A stretch of 63,964 bases of DNA, counting the filler, from Bigelowiella natans CCMP2755 (lineage: Eukaryota > Protista > Cercozoa), in assembly GCA_000320545.1 (NCBI GenBank). It is 7 parts of 7 records of this genome, joined end to end, with 100 filler letters (N's around TTAATTAATTAA, not from the genome) between each part and the next. Parts side by side here need not be neighbours in the genome. Positions count along the whole stretch, not along the records: positions 4,682 to 31,938 come from ADNK01000633.1; 6 more parts are not named here. One strand, 5' to 3'. Shown here in pieces: positions 12,366 to 30,860 of this stretch. The stretch's first letter is position 1. The number at the start of each line of letters is the position of its first letter. The notes beneath the pieces are model-generated. The model saw nothing but the letters and a program-made list of their open reading frames with translations. It had not been told where the DNA came from and searched no databases. The position numbers and the translations under genes were made by a program.

Positions 12366-15300
12366 TTATTGATTAAACATGACGTTGAGAGCAACTGGAA
12401 CAACTGTAGCTGTGAAAAAACCGTATGATATGGACCTTAGGATAGGCTCAGTAGTTTCGAACGTTTTAACCGCATATCTTCGAATTGAAGGTACCGCGTT
12501 GCATGCCATGGACAAGGAACTCGTCAAGACCCTCCGAATGATCCAACGCGCACATAGCTGTAATATGAACAAAACTATCACTCCGAACGCACCAACCATC
12601 AGCTTATTCGTAGTAAAAGCATCCGTGGCTGTTGAGGATGGGCGGATGGCTTTGGTACCCAACATGAAGGCGAACATCGCAGCCATATGAGAAGCGAGGT
12701 GCTGGTACATCTTGAGCGTGTACTTCAGTTCGCGGTCCGGCAACGGGCAAAAGCATAGCATTGCCAATCCGAACAAGAGAGGAGGGCATGTTAGATTCAT
12801 GTTGTCGCCGCTCAGCCAGGATAGCGTCGGTTCACAGAAGAACTGAATCATGACGTGAATTCCAATGGAGCCCGCTACCAGTCCACCGATTACGTTCGAC
12901 GGGGAGTCACCTCTTTGCATGCTACTGAAGCTGATCATCACCACCCATATCACTCCAGCTATCGCAATCGCAAGATTGTTGACTGTGAAAGCGTTATAGA
13001 GCCACGCCTGCCCAAAGAAATAGCGGAGTAGGAAGAACGGCAGCCCCACCGCGTTCATAGCGGTTATAGATGGCCATGAGTAAGCATCGTTCTTATTCTC
13101 GCTCATCACGCACTTGAGGATGCAGCCTGCTGAACAGAGGAGGCAGTAGAAAATGAATGGCAGAGCAGCGGACGAGGTGGCACCGAAGCACCAGAAGATG
13201 ACAGGAAGCAAGATGGAGTAGCTCTGGTGGGAACCAAGTACGCGCGTGAAAAAGAAAAAGGCACGCACGGATGGCGAGGTGGCGTTACGGTCCAAGCCTA
13301 ACATGTGGAGCCATCGGTCGACAAATCGAGAGGTTATTTCACTTTCGTGCTGCAAGAACCGCTTGTAAAGAGACAGGAATGCCCAGACTAGCATAAGTAG
13401 TGGCACACTAAAACCTCCATTACCCTCAGAGATAGCGCGATCTGTTTTGTACACGGTGACCTCATCTTCCATTGATTTGTCCCCTAGTTGCGCAGTTTTG
13501 GGGGAGGCCGGCTTTTGCGACAGAGGTGCAGCGGCAGCAGAACCCGTCTCTTCCTTAAGGTCCTTGCCCATGTTCGAAAGATCCGGGGTAGGATGCTGAA
13601 TCGTCTTCGTCGCCGCTTTATGGTTCGTGAGCACGCGAGTAGTCACAGACTTTAGAGTGGACAACGCGAATGAGACTTGTTTGTCTGAGAGCCCTGAGGA
13701 TGCACACACCCTAATCGCTGCGGGGAACTCGACGCCTTTTGGTCTGAAACCGATTGAGGGTCGGTTGTTGAACATGCTTATGGCCAATCCTTCTTTCTGG
13801 CACTCATGGCAGATCTTCTCCAGGATAGCTCGCGCCTCACACTTGCCTGACGCGGGGGCGCTCAAAGAAACACTCATCATTGGAGCTACTCTGGAGCCAC
13901 ATACCTCCAGGCCGGAAATTTGTTTAATACCGTCTCTGATTTGATTGGTGATTGTCTTCAGCCGCTCAAGGCGCTCCTTCCCTAGCTTCCTGATGGAAGC
14001 TAACGCAGCCGAGACAGAGGTAGCAAGGTAAGGGGGAGGGGCCGCTGAATAGCAATAGCCTGAGCCTAAGAGACGTTGGTAAGATACAACGCCTGTGGCG
14101 CCAGTCGCGAATCCGCAGCAGCTTGCCATTCCTTCCAGGGAGGCACAGATAACATCCACTTCCGTGGGTTTTAATCCAAAATGCTCCGTAGCACCCCGAC
14201 CAGAGGCCCCTAGGAGGCCGAAAGAGTGCGTTTCATCGAGGATGAAGCGGCAACGATACTTTGTACGCATAGCACATAGGCTCCGGAGAGGTGCTAACTT
14301 ACCCGTGCTACCAAACACGGCCTCGCTGATCAAAAAACAACGTTTAGGCTTGAACCCGCTACCCTTGATATTCCTCCACTCGTCCTCTGATAAGTCCCGA
14401 AGAACTCGCTCGCAATCGTTAGGATCACAGTGCTTATAGAAGCGCACTTCGGCACGGGAGAGCGAGATCCCAGTGAGTACATTGCGTCCGACACCTTCAT
14501 CAACGACGAGGACGTCACCTTTTCCAGCCATGCAGGAGATGACGGAACTAACAGTACATGCACCGAAAGGGTAAAGGACTGCCTGTTCCGTCTCCAAGAA
14601 GGCAGCTAGGTCACGCTCGGCTTGAAGATGCTCAGGATATGTTCCATAGAAGCCGCGGGGGCCGCAACTTCCTAGACCTTTTTGATCAAGAGTACGGATG
14701 CAGGCGGCCTGGATGGAGGGATTGTTGGCGAAACCGTGATAGTCCCAACTAGAGATATTGGCTTTGATCGAAGTGGACGAGTTGATTTTTCGGTCATACC
14801 ATCCAAACACAGGCTTACCATCATCATTTTCTCCTGCGACAAGTGGGGCCCACCTAGTTGTTTTGAGGGTGGCAAGGGCATCCTTGCGGCCCTTCTTCGC
14901 TCTCTCCTGTCGCTGCTTCTTTTCCAGTGAAAATTTGTGTTCCAGCGAGTCAAGAGTTCCTGGGAAACGAAGATTTGGGGCGTGTACTGTGCGATAACGT
15001 AACTTAAGCTCGTCAGCAATATCCTCGATCTTGAGCAATGCGTCCTCAAGATCGGCTTGGGAATGCGCCGCCGAGATGCAGAAGCGCACGCGTCCGTACA
15101 TCAAAGGCACGGCTGGCGCGCCCACAGTTACTACAGCTAGGTTGCGGCGGAACGCCAGGCGTGAGAAATCGCCAATTTTAGACGGAGTGTAGAGCATTAC
15201 CGGGATGACTGGAGATGGTGCATCCCCTAAAACCTCTAGACCCATCTCCTCCAAACGTCGCCGAAAGAATATGGAATTGTGGCGAATAGCTTTAAGTCGC

Positions 15301-17117
15301 CTTTGCCCAATATCAGTGCCATCAGCCCCACGAATCAGCTGATGTGAAGAATTATTCTGAATTAGGGTATTGCTCCCAAGATAACCTCGAAGTCATAATA
15401 TCAAAAGAAATGAGTTTTGATTTTCCACCTTGAGAGCCTCAATAATCTGCACCGTACAAGCCGGGGGGAGGGGACATGCATCTGTGCATCCGGCCGCATA
15501 TTTTCTGACATGATTGACCTGTTACCACCATTCGCATGTAAGAGACTGGAGGGCATTGAACACTCACATTCACATTCAGGTATAAAAATTAAAATGAGAA
15601 ACAACATCGATGATGGCTGTTCCTCACAGCCACCGTTACTCACTAGCTTCTTATCTCCGGCAATGTATCCCCCAGAACTCCCGAAGGACTTGGAGAAAGT
15701 GCCCATCATTATATCGATCTGCTTGGTGTCGATTCCGAGTTCCTCCGTAACACCGCGACCTGAGGGACCTATGGCACCGATGGAATGTGCCTCGTCCAGA
15801 TAAATGTAGGCACCGTACTGTTTTGCGACAGGGACGATTTCCTTCAAATTGCAGAGATCACCTTCCATGCTATAGATGCCTGGTTATTTAAATCAATTCT
15901 ATCATGCCAGCTAGCTGCAATCTCTCCATCATGATGTTTTACCTTCGATAACTAGAAGAATCTTGTTGTACTTTCCGGATTTAACTGCCTCTTGTAGTAC
16001 GAGTTCAAGATCTGCAGCGTCATTATGGCAAAACGGTTTGATTTTTGCACCTGACTCACGAGCTCCCTGTTCGAAGAATAAATAGCATTAAGGACGAGTA
16101 GCATTCTTGCTGAACAGTCTCAGTTCAGGTAATCCAGAAATAGTGCAGCATGTACTCTTACCTGCACAATGGAGGTGTGGTTGAGCTGGTCAGAGATAAT
16201 CAGGTCACCTTTACCAACGAGCGCAGGCAATACTGTGGAGTTGGTCGCGAATCCCATACCAATCACCATGCTATCCTCTTTGCCAAGAAAATTTGCCAAC
16301 TGGGTCTGTAATAAAAACGTAGTCTGTGTTCAGCACTGAAAAAATTCGGATACTCTTCGCCACCTTCTTACCTCAAGCTGGTGATGAATAGGGTGGTAAC
16401 CAAGCTCCACTGAGGGTGATCCTGTGCTCAAAGGATATTTTGTGACCGCGTCACGCAGTGTCCGCTTCGAGCCTGGATACTTATCAACCCCACCGAAACC
16501 GAGATAATTGTACGATCCGAGATTTAGGCATCGCTTTACCTTGTCCGTCAAGCGAAGGGGAGCCAGAAACCCCTGATGGTGCAAGTTATTCGCCATGAAT
16601 GATATAGACTATTCGCATTCGATTATCTACCACAAGATGAAGGAGGAGATGATACCTTGTATGAAGGATCTTTCTCTCGAATAATACAATCTATCCAATC
16701 TGCAGGCTCAGATGAAATTGGTCTGTTGAAAGTGTCTTCGATTAACCCATAGAGCACCCGAATGTATAATCCCTTTTCCGAACGAAATAAGGCAGGCAGG
16801 CCTTTTTTTTCACCATCAGGATCGCTCGTCCGGAAGTCAGGAACACCTCGAACAACATTAAGGGCGTTTTTCGCAAGGCCTTGAATGGTCTGACCACAAA
16901 GCATCTATCATTCTTGGATTCTTCGTGACTTCTAGATGACAATGGAGAAAAGTTGACAGAAATTCGCGAACGAAATCAAAACAGTCGAAAGATGGGGAAG
17001 TTAAAACAATGACAGGTTACATACGAAAAGGCCCCATTGGCATGAGGAGCAGGCAGTGTGTCCGGTGATGGCCGGGAGCCAAGAGCCTCCATACGGTTGG
17101 TATGAGTCGTAGTCCAT
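12366..17117 (-). CDS. SPT: Single-chain serine palmitoyltransferase: LCB2-LCB1 fusion with C-terminal PAP2/S1P-phosphatase-like membrane domain (8 exons, ~1300 aa)
   Basis: LCB2 motifs: [51 protein letters not shown] (PLP Lys), [13 protein letters not shown]1 motifs: [32 protein letters not shown] (no Lys), [10 protein letters not shown]. Then an SGPP/Lcb3-like multi-TM domain. Seven phase-consistent GT-AG introns lie between ~15341 and ~17024; the last exon (~12366-15340) is a single open frame. Confidence 0.93.
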
Positions 17118-17864
17118 TGCCTTGACTTCTCAAAGAAGTATAAAGAAGCACAAAGAAGTCAAGAAGAGAAAAGATATTCTCCTCCACTATTCATTTACCG
17201 ACAAAAAAAGTTGTCGTTATTTGTATAAACGCATCCATTCGTTATAGTTTGCATTGATTTTGCTGAAGCTGTGCGATGAAACAGGTTCCTACCGACATGC
17301 ACGGTAAATGATTTTTTTTTCGGACGAAAAAATAAGTTAAAGAAAAATCTTACGACAAAGTTACCTACGTAGTAGTTTTCTCAAAACACAGAAAGAGTGA
17401 TCACTTCTTCTAAACGACAATATATTTTACACAGAATAACTATCCAATGCGCTTTTTTCACTGATATTATGGAAGTTGTGGAAGCGACTGAATAATGTAT
17501 GAAGTCGAGTCTATCAATAACAAATGCATGTCGCAAGACCGTGTTATTCGCTCCTTTTAGTCTTTTTCCTTCGTGCCAGTGCAAAAACGACTTTTCTCTT
17601 TGGTTGAACAAAAATAGACATGGGGTTAGAGGAGTTACAGGGATCCCGGTTAATCCAGGTGAATTATTATTTCGTCCAAGTAATTTACTTAATTTACCCT
17701 TATCTTACCGATTCAAAAGTTTTTTTTAAAATTTCGGTTCTCATATTAACACCATTGACCGTAAATATTTTTAATGCGACAACAGTTTTGCATTGAAATC
17801 TGCATTAGATGTCAAACATGTAAATTTCGGGTAATAATTACCACAACCAGGCATCTACGAGTAC

Positions 17865-17891
17865 CTGTAGATCTAGTATCTAGATCTACAG
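17865..17891. repeat. Perfect 12-bp inverted repeat (CTGTAGATCTAG-TAT-CTAGATCTACAG)
   Basis: Arms 17865-17876 and 17880-17891 are exact reverse complements. Confidence 0.9.
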
Positions 17892-18385
17892 CTTGTACAT
17901 GTAGCTACAGGTACAGGCCTGTAGAGATCTAGACGGTCATAGACCTACGGTGCATTAAGAGGACTCTCGCAACCGCAAATTGCGTTCTGGCTGCAGGCGC
18001 AGTGCTCCTCGTCTCAGCTCTGTTGATAAGTCGTACGACGGCCAACAGCGGGGATCTAGATCTGCATCTACTCGTACAAATGACAAAATGGTCACACAAA
18101 ATATTTTTTCGTGACTCATTTCAATTGTGAAAAGTACGTGACTCAAAAAGATGATAAATTCTTACTACGACAAGTAAATAATATTGATTCTATCTACCAA
18201 AATAGCATAGAAATTTCAATTTTCAACAAACTTATGCAGCCCGAAATTCTCATCGACCCGCCCCCTGTGCGCGCGTAAGAGTACCATATCCAGCCCAATA
18301 GTGAGCATGTCCCCAGGGCCTGCTTAAGCATAGCGTCACTTTTGCAGACGGAACTTGGTATTAATTCAGGCGAATCCCACTAGAA

Positions 18386-19216
18386 ATGATTCCCTTTCAG
18401 CTCTTCGGCGGCCGAGCAACACCGCAAGTGGCGCGAAAAAAACGCCGGACGTGGGTGCACAACAAGAGACAGAAAATTGAGGTCTCTGCAAGCCTCGCTT
18501 GGAGCCATAACAACGCCAACGGCACTATCAACAAGAGAGACTTACGAAGCTCCCGATCCTTCTCCGAAGTTAATACTCCTACAGACACTAGTATATCCCC
18601 CTTCAATCATCCTTCGCTCTCGTCGTATTCAAGGATGAAAACGCCACCATCGAATCGTCCAACGAGCACCTGGTTGAACCAACGAGGATTATCGACCGTC
18701 AATATTGACGGAACTAAAAGCGAAACTGAAAAGAGCAGATCGCATATTCGGGAACATGAGGAAGCCATTATCAAGAGGCCTAGCAGGAAACTCAGAAGGA
18801 TACAAGATTGTGCTTTTGCTCCCACCTCACCACCCCTGTTCTCCAAACAGACAAAATATGGGTCTCAGGCAACGAAAAAAAGACTCGATGACAAGTATTC
18901 AGATTGCAAAGGGATGAAGAATAGACTTTGGCAAATTGGCAATTCTATCGTTGAGGGCGCTCGGCTAGACGAAATTGAAGAGTTGGTGGAGAATCGCCAT
19001 ATTGCACAGATAGCTCTCAGCTTTCAAAAATATGTTGAACAAAAAAAAATAAAGTCTGAAAAGCAACGTATTGCAGTCCGAGAATTCTTTGAACGTCATG
19101 GAATACATCTCCCCGATGATGAAATTGATGAGGTAAGTAAGTGTGTTAGGATCGGTAATACTCAAATACAGCGACTTCGAAGAGTGGCATTGAGACTTGC
19201 CGAGCTCCTTAAATGA
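18386..19216 (+). CDS. Hypothetical protein (276-aa ORF, basic Ser-rich N-terminus, helical C-terminus)
   Basis: Long non-repetitive ORF divergent from SPT; no family recognised; a possible splice donor near 19133. Confidence 0.5.
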   Translation: MIPFQLFGGRATPQVARKKRRTWVHNKRQKIEVSASLAWSHNNANGTINKRDLRSSRSFSEVNTPTDTSISPFNHPSLSSYSRMKTPPSNRPTSTWLNQRGLSTVNIDGTKSETEKSRSHIREHEEAIIKRPSRKLRRIQDCAFAPTSPPLFSKQTKYGSQATKKRLDDKYSDCKGMKNRLWQIGNSIVEGARLDEIEELVENRHIAQIALSFQKYVEQKKIKSEKQRIAVREFFERHGIHLPDDEIDEVSKCVRIGNTQIQRLRRVALRLAELLK

Positions 19217-20030
19217 GACCAAAGTTCCTAGTATATAAACAGGCTGCATAACACTATTAGTTCTTCAAGACTATTAGATCTTAAAGCAAATCGTACGTCA
19301 GAATATGAAAGTATCGAAACTATATCATCAGTCATTGGATTTTAACAGCTAGTCCATAGTCTAATAACGATAGTCTAATAATGAAATTCTAAAAATGAAT
19401 GTTATATTGTTATAGACACATGTAATCATTCCTTGATACTTTATACTCTAAAATTCCAAAGGAAATGTCTGAATCCCAATGATGACAACTCTGTACGTAC
19501 GTACGTACATCCAGCTCGATCGCTCGGCGTAGCGACGTATGTTTGCTCTGTTGCTGTTGCTGGCTCGAGTGAAAGTGGCAAAACGCGCGCAAAACGTCCA
19601 AATGAAGCTCTAGACACATAGATGAGCGTTTGTGACTGTGGCGTTTCGCAAGCACTCTAGCACTGTCCGCCATGCTAGCTAGCATGATCGAACGTCCCAT
19701 GCCAATTCTTCAATTATTTCGCAAGTTTGACACATGCTGGCATGAGGCGTATAGCGTCGTAGTATGCGCAAGTCGAGTTAGACGGATATATGTAAATGAA
19801 TACATTATTTTTTTTCAATTGTCATCCTCACGTATCGTAGCTGTGCAAAGCTGCGCTAGCTGCGGCTAGCATGGCATGCTGTTCAATCCTTTGCCCCCCT
19901 CCCCCCCCCCACAAACAAAATGCGTTGAATATGATGGTTGCAGTTGCGTGTAATAAGTACATTGCCTACATACTCTCGATTTGGTTGTCAGGAACACCAT
20001 GCATTGTCGGTCTCATCGAAAACAGCCTCA

Positions 20031-26449
<6,419 letters not shown>

Positions 26450-26983
26450 GTAACTTCAGATTACGTCATCATCAGCTCTTGTTTGCTATTCACTTCGATG
26501 AAATGGCGCTCGCGAAAAGAAGAGTGGCGAGGAGAAATAGTATGGGCCGCCATTGACAACCACACACCCCTCTTTCATCGTTCTGAGCGGGTATTATACA
26601 CGCATCTCTCATTCATTACCTACAGCATCCTCGTGCCCCAAATTGCCTCTCGCTCCCTTCACGGGTTATACTGAATGTTTCGATTCAGATAATATTTAAT
26701 ACCTAAAACTTCCCAATAAATATTCCTGTATAAAACCAACGTCGTTCACAAGTGCGGGTTTTTATCTGGATCGATTGGTTTCGAAATACACAAATATTCA
26801 GTCACTATCACGTCAAAAAATGGACTAAAAGGGATACTACTTCAAGCCGCAAAACCCTTGCCGCAGGGAGATCTCGTGGGACGAATGGCGTCGGACATCG
26901 GAGCGGGGGTGCGCAAGCGGTCCCCCTTGTAGCCAAACAAGCTAGTGTTGGAAAGATATTCGCAGGGAGGCTTGGAAGTGGCC

Positions 26984-28073
26984 ATGGCTATGAGGGCTGC
27001 CAAGTTTTTCTACGTGATTACCACACAAATTAAACATAAATTGTAGTTAAGAGTAGTGATAATAGAGTAGTAGTATAAGGACTGTGGCGCCTATCGTCCA
27101 ACGATCTTCGAACAAATAACAAAAGGGTTTTCTGGTGGCTGGTGGAGCCTTTTTCCTCGCGCAATGGGCTCTGTTTCTTTTTGATTCAAGGTTGTTGTTG
27201 TTGTAATCCACCCCCCCCTTCCGTAAAGCTGGTTTGGCTGTTGTCGCTCGTCGTCGTCATCTCTATCTTTCCTTCTCTCCCTCCATTCCCCCCCTCCCTG
27301 CTCCTGCCTCTACCCCTGCCCCTGTCCCCTCCTCCCCCCACGTCACACCCCCATCCTTTCCCAGGTTCTCCGAATTTTCCTCCCAAAGGGACCAACATTA
27401 CGAGCCCCCCCCCTTGCCGAGGTATACGTCGAATAATGGTCAAAGCACGCATCAACGAAGGCGAGCGAGGGCGATGATAGCCCCCTCTCCTCCACACCTC
27501 TCTACAACCAGTATCAGGATGGCAGAAGAGGTGACGGGTGCTTCCTCCTCCGGGCGGAGTGGTGGTGGCGTTCTAGGAGACACAATCGTCGTCGCGGCAA
27601 ATGGAGGAATCGGCGAGAACAACGGCGATGATATCGATGCTACTAATGCTGGCAGTGATGCTGGGAATCATTTAGAAGTCTCAGACCGCGTGGTAGCAAT
27701 TTCACGAAAACGAAGACATTTTCTTTTTTTGTGTCCTGAGCAGCGGTATACGTACTCGTAAGGGGGGGGGGAGAAGCCGAGTTCTGTATCGGAATAAACC
27801 ATGTTGCCAAGTGCTAATTAGTACCACACCACGAGCACAACTTCTTCCACTGTAGTTTTACATCAACACATCTATTACTACTGCTGCTGCTGCTGCTACT
27901 ACTATTCAGCACGTGTTCTATTACCCTTGGTATGGAACCCCTTCTGTTGATGGAGAGTGGCAGCACTGGAATCATGAGATCATGTAGTCGTAGTAGTAGT
28001 AGTAGTAATAGCAGCAGCAGTTGACCCAACATTTGTAGTAGCCGCTTTTCATAAATTAGAGTGAGTGGATTAG

Positions 28074-28106
<33 letters not shown>

Positions 28107-28386
28107 GTGGTGAAACGTTGGCGTCTGTGTGATTGACCAGGCCACACTGGACTCAAAGCGTCACTGATCGATACCCGAAGGGAAAGCACCCCTCCCCCGG
28201 CGAAATCGGTGCCAATTTCTACCCTATTCTCGGGCCGTATAGCTCTATGAACGCCTCTGTGCTTCACACGCACTTCAACTGGATTCGAAGGGCTGGAGCA
28301 GGCGTGTGTGTCGTGTCATGGTAGCAAGCGATGTAGTGTTGCAGCAGAAACGCTAGCAGTAGAAGAGAGGGCGGGGGGGGAGGGGG

Positions 28387-28434
<48 letters not shown>

Positions 28435-28712
28435 AAGGAAGAAGAAGAAGAGTATATGACAGTGCCAGTGCTAATTATTGGGTGGCGAACAAGCGCGACG
28501 AGTGAGGCATCATCCATCGCTGTTATCGTACAAATGGCCAAGATCTGTGTCGTTTCTTGCTCACTGCGAGATAGGTACCCTCCAGGGCGAGCAGATCCCG
28601 CGCAGGCTGCTTCGATTGAGCATTCGGACAAAGTGGTAGGAAGAAAGAGTAGTAGTATCGTAATAAATGATGCTAATACTCGAAGCAACCTCTTCCCAGC
28701 TTCTTTTCTGGA

Positions 28713-28782
<70 letters not shown>

Positions 28783-29932
28783 TATACATGCACACACACG
28801 TATGCTTGCACTTCGTGTGTAAATGCGTGTTTGACAACGCAGGTGCCCCTTCTTCTTCGTGCAGGAGAGGCCACCGGCGTGAAGATCGCCTTCCATATCG
28901 AGCCATATAAAGGCCGAGATGCCTCCTCTGTGGCAAGCGACATTCGATATATAGTTGACATGTACGGAGGCTCACCAGCGTTTTATCGATCTGCTACGCA
29001 CGGAGACAGACCCGTTGTGTACGTGTACGATTCCTACCACACCCCCGCGCACGAGTGGGCGCGTGTCTTGTCCCCCAGCGGGATTGACACGATTCGGGGG
29101 GGGCGGTACGATGCGGTGGTGCTTGCACTGTGGGTGCGGGGAGAGCAGCCACAGTCGAACAGCGGCATTGAGGATTTTTTCGTCGCATCTCACTTTGATG
29201 GAGCGTATACCTACTTCGCCGGTGAGGCAGTAAGTAGGTTCAGGAAGAATATCACCGATGATGACGTTTGAAACACTCTCCCCATTCTCCATCACCGTTT
29301 CTTGAATCATCCCCATTATCACAATAATCATCATCATCATCATCAACAACAACAACAACAACGGTAGTTATCAATGATCAGGTTCTCGTTTTGCATGGGC
29401 CTCCAACCCAGGAAATTGGAGAGCTCTGCGTGAGACAACGCAACGGAGAAACCTTCTTTTCTGCCCTTCTGTTGGCCCAGGCTACATCGACACGAGGGTG
29501 CGGCCCTGGAATGGCGGCAATACTATCAGTCGCAGGGGGGGGCAGCACTACGATCAGGTATTTGGAAGCGCGCTCGCAGCGAGCCCTGACTTTATCTCGG
29601 TCACGTCCTTTAACGAGTGGCACGAGGGCACCCAGATTGAGCCCGCAACATGTATCGATGACATCGACGACTCTGTAGCAGTAGCAGCAGCGGCAGCGGC
29701 GGACGATGCCATGGATAAAGCCACCGCTGATAACAATCAAGGAGTAAGGAGGAGAAGCAGCAGCAGCCAAACGCCTTATTCGCCACAGCAGCAGCACTCC
29801 AGGTGGAGCGCCTTGTTGCCCAAATATCAGGACTACGGGCAGCTCTCACCACATTACTATCTAGATAGAACGAGGCATTGGGCCAGGCGTTTCGAGGGTG
29901 ATGATCGCGCTGCTACATTGCCTTCGTATTAG
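26984..29932 (+). CDS. MANEA: Glycoprotein endo-alpha-1,2-mannosidase (GH99)
   Basis: HVFYYPWYG, QHWNH, IGANFYPILGPYSS, VVSWYPPG, FHIEPYKGR, VYVYDSY, DGAYTYFA, ISVTSFNEWHEGTQIEPA (catalytic ExxE). N-terminal signal-anchor MAMRAAKFFY/GFLVAGGAFFLAQWALFLF; the start codon is inferred. Confidence 0.93.
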
Positions 29933-30860
29933 TGCTTTTTATTGTATGGCTATTACGAACGTAGGAGACATAGCTGCATAGCTGCATGGTTGGCGTGTGT
30001 ATGCGCATGCTATATGAGTGCTTGGACTACGTACGCACTGAACGTACGTACGCGCATTTGCGAATAATAATGATTATAATGGCCTATATCTGGAATCAAG
30101 TCGCCACGCACAATGACATGTGTAAACGGAATGGATCGATCTATCATCAGCAGACCATATGGCAATTATAATTGAGGTTTGCAGCCTGCAGACGCGCTTA
30201 AATGCTATAATGCGTATCGTGAACACATAATCATTGCACTGACCATGCTCATTGCACCATGCATGCATGTATGCAGCTAGCTAGCTACAGTGGTAGGCGT
30301 TGTATAATTGCATTGCCAGCAGTAGATTATAAGCACCAAATAAAGCTGTGCTATATATTTTGTGCCCCAACAATTGATACTCTATATGTTTACGCCATGC
30401 ACATCTATTTGTTGCGCTGATGCTACTGCGGCGCCTGTCTTACACACACGTACCTGCTCTACATAACATTGTACTGCACACTACACGGCAGCATGCCACA
30501 TACTTCTAAATGTTGACTCGTAAGTCATTGATTTATGAGAGTAAGAGACACGAGAGGATCTCCAATATACGAAGTACATGGGGTCCCTCTCTGCATGTCT
30601 CTAACAAGAACAGCGGGACTAATCGCATCAAAAGTTTCACTACGCTATACAGACTGTATATGCTGCGGGTATCATCCTGTCTCAGCGAGGGGTTTTTATG
30701 TTGTCTTGGCATATAATCCGATAAGATCGTGCGTAGATGAATTCTGTCTCTTCCTGTCTGTCTTATTACGCCGTGATGCTGCTACTTTCCTTTATTGTTG
30801 GTGGCGTCATCACGCCAGGAGCCTGTCAACCGCATCCAACCACCCTGACCTTTGTTTTGA

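Noticed and set aside
12379-15803. Several plus-strand ORFs overlapping SPT
   Set aside because: Antisense shadows of a long coding exon with no independent motifs.
10000-19900. Idea that the SPT region is an endogenous giant-virus insertion
   Set aside because: SPT has spliceosomal introns and host-type upstream motifs, and no viral core genes or composition break are evident.
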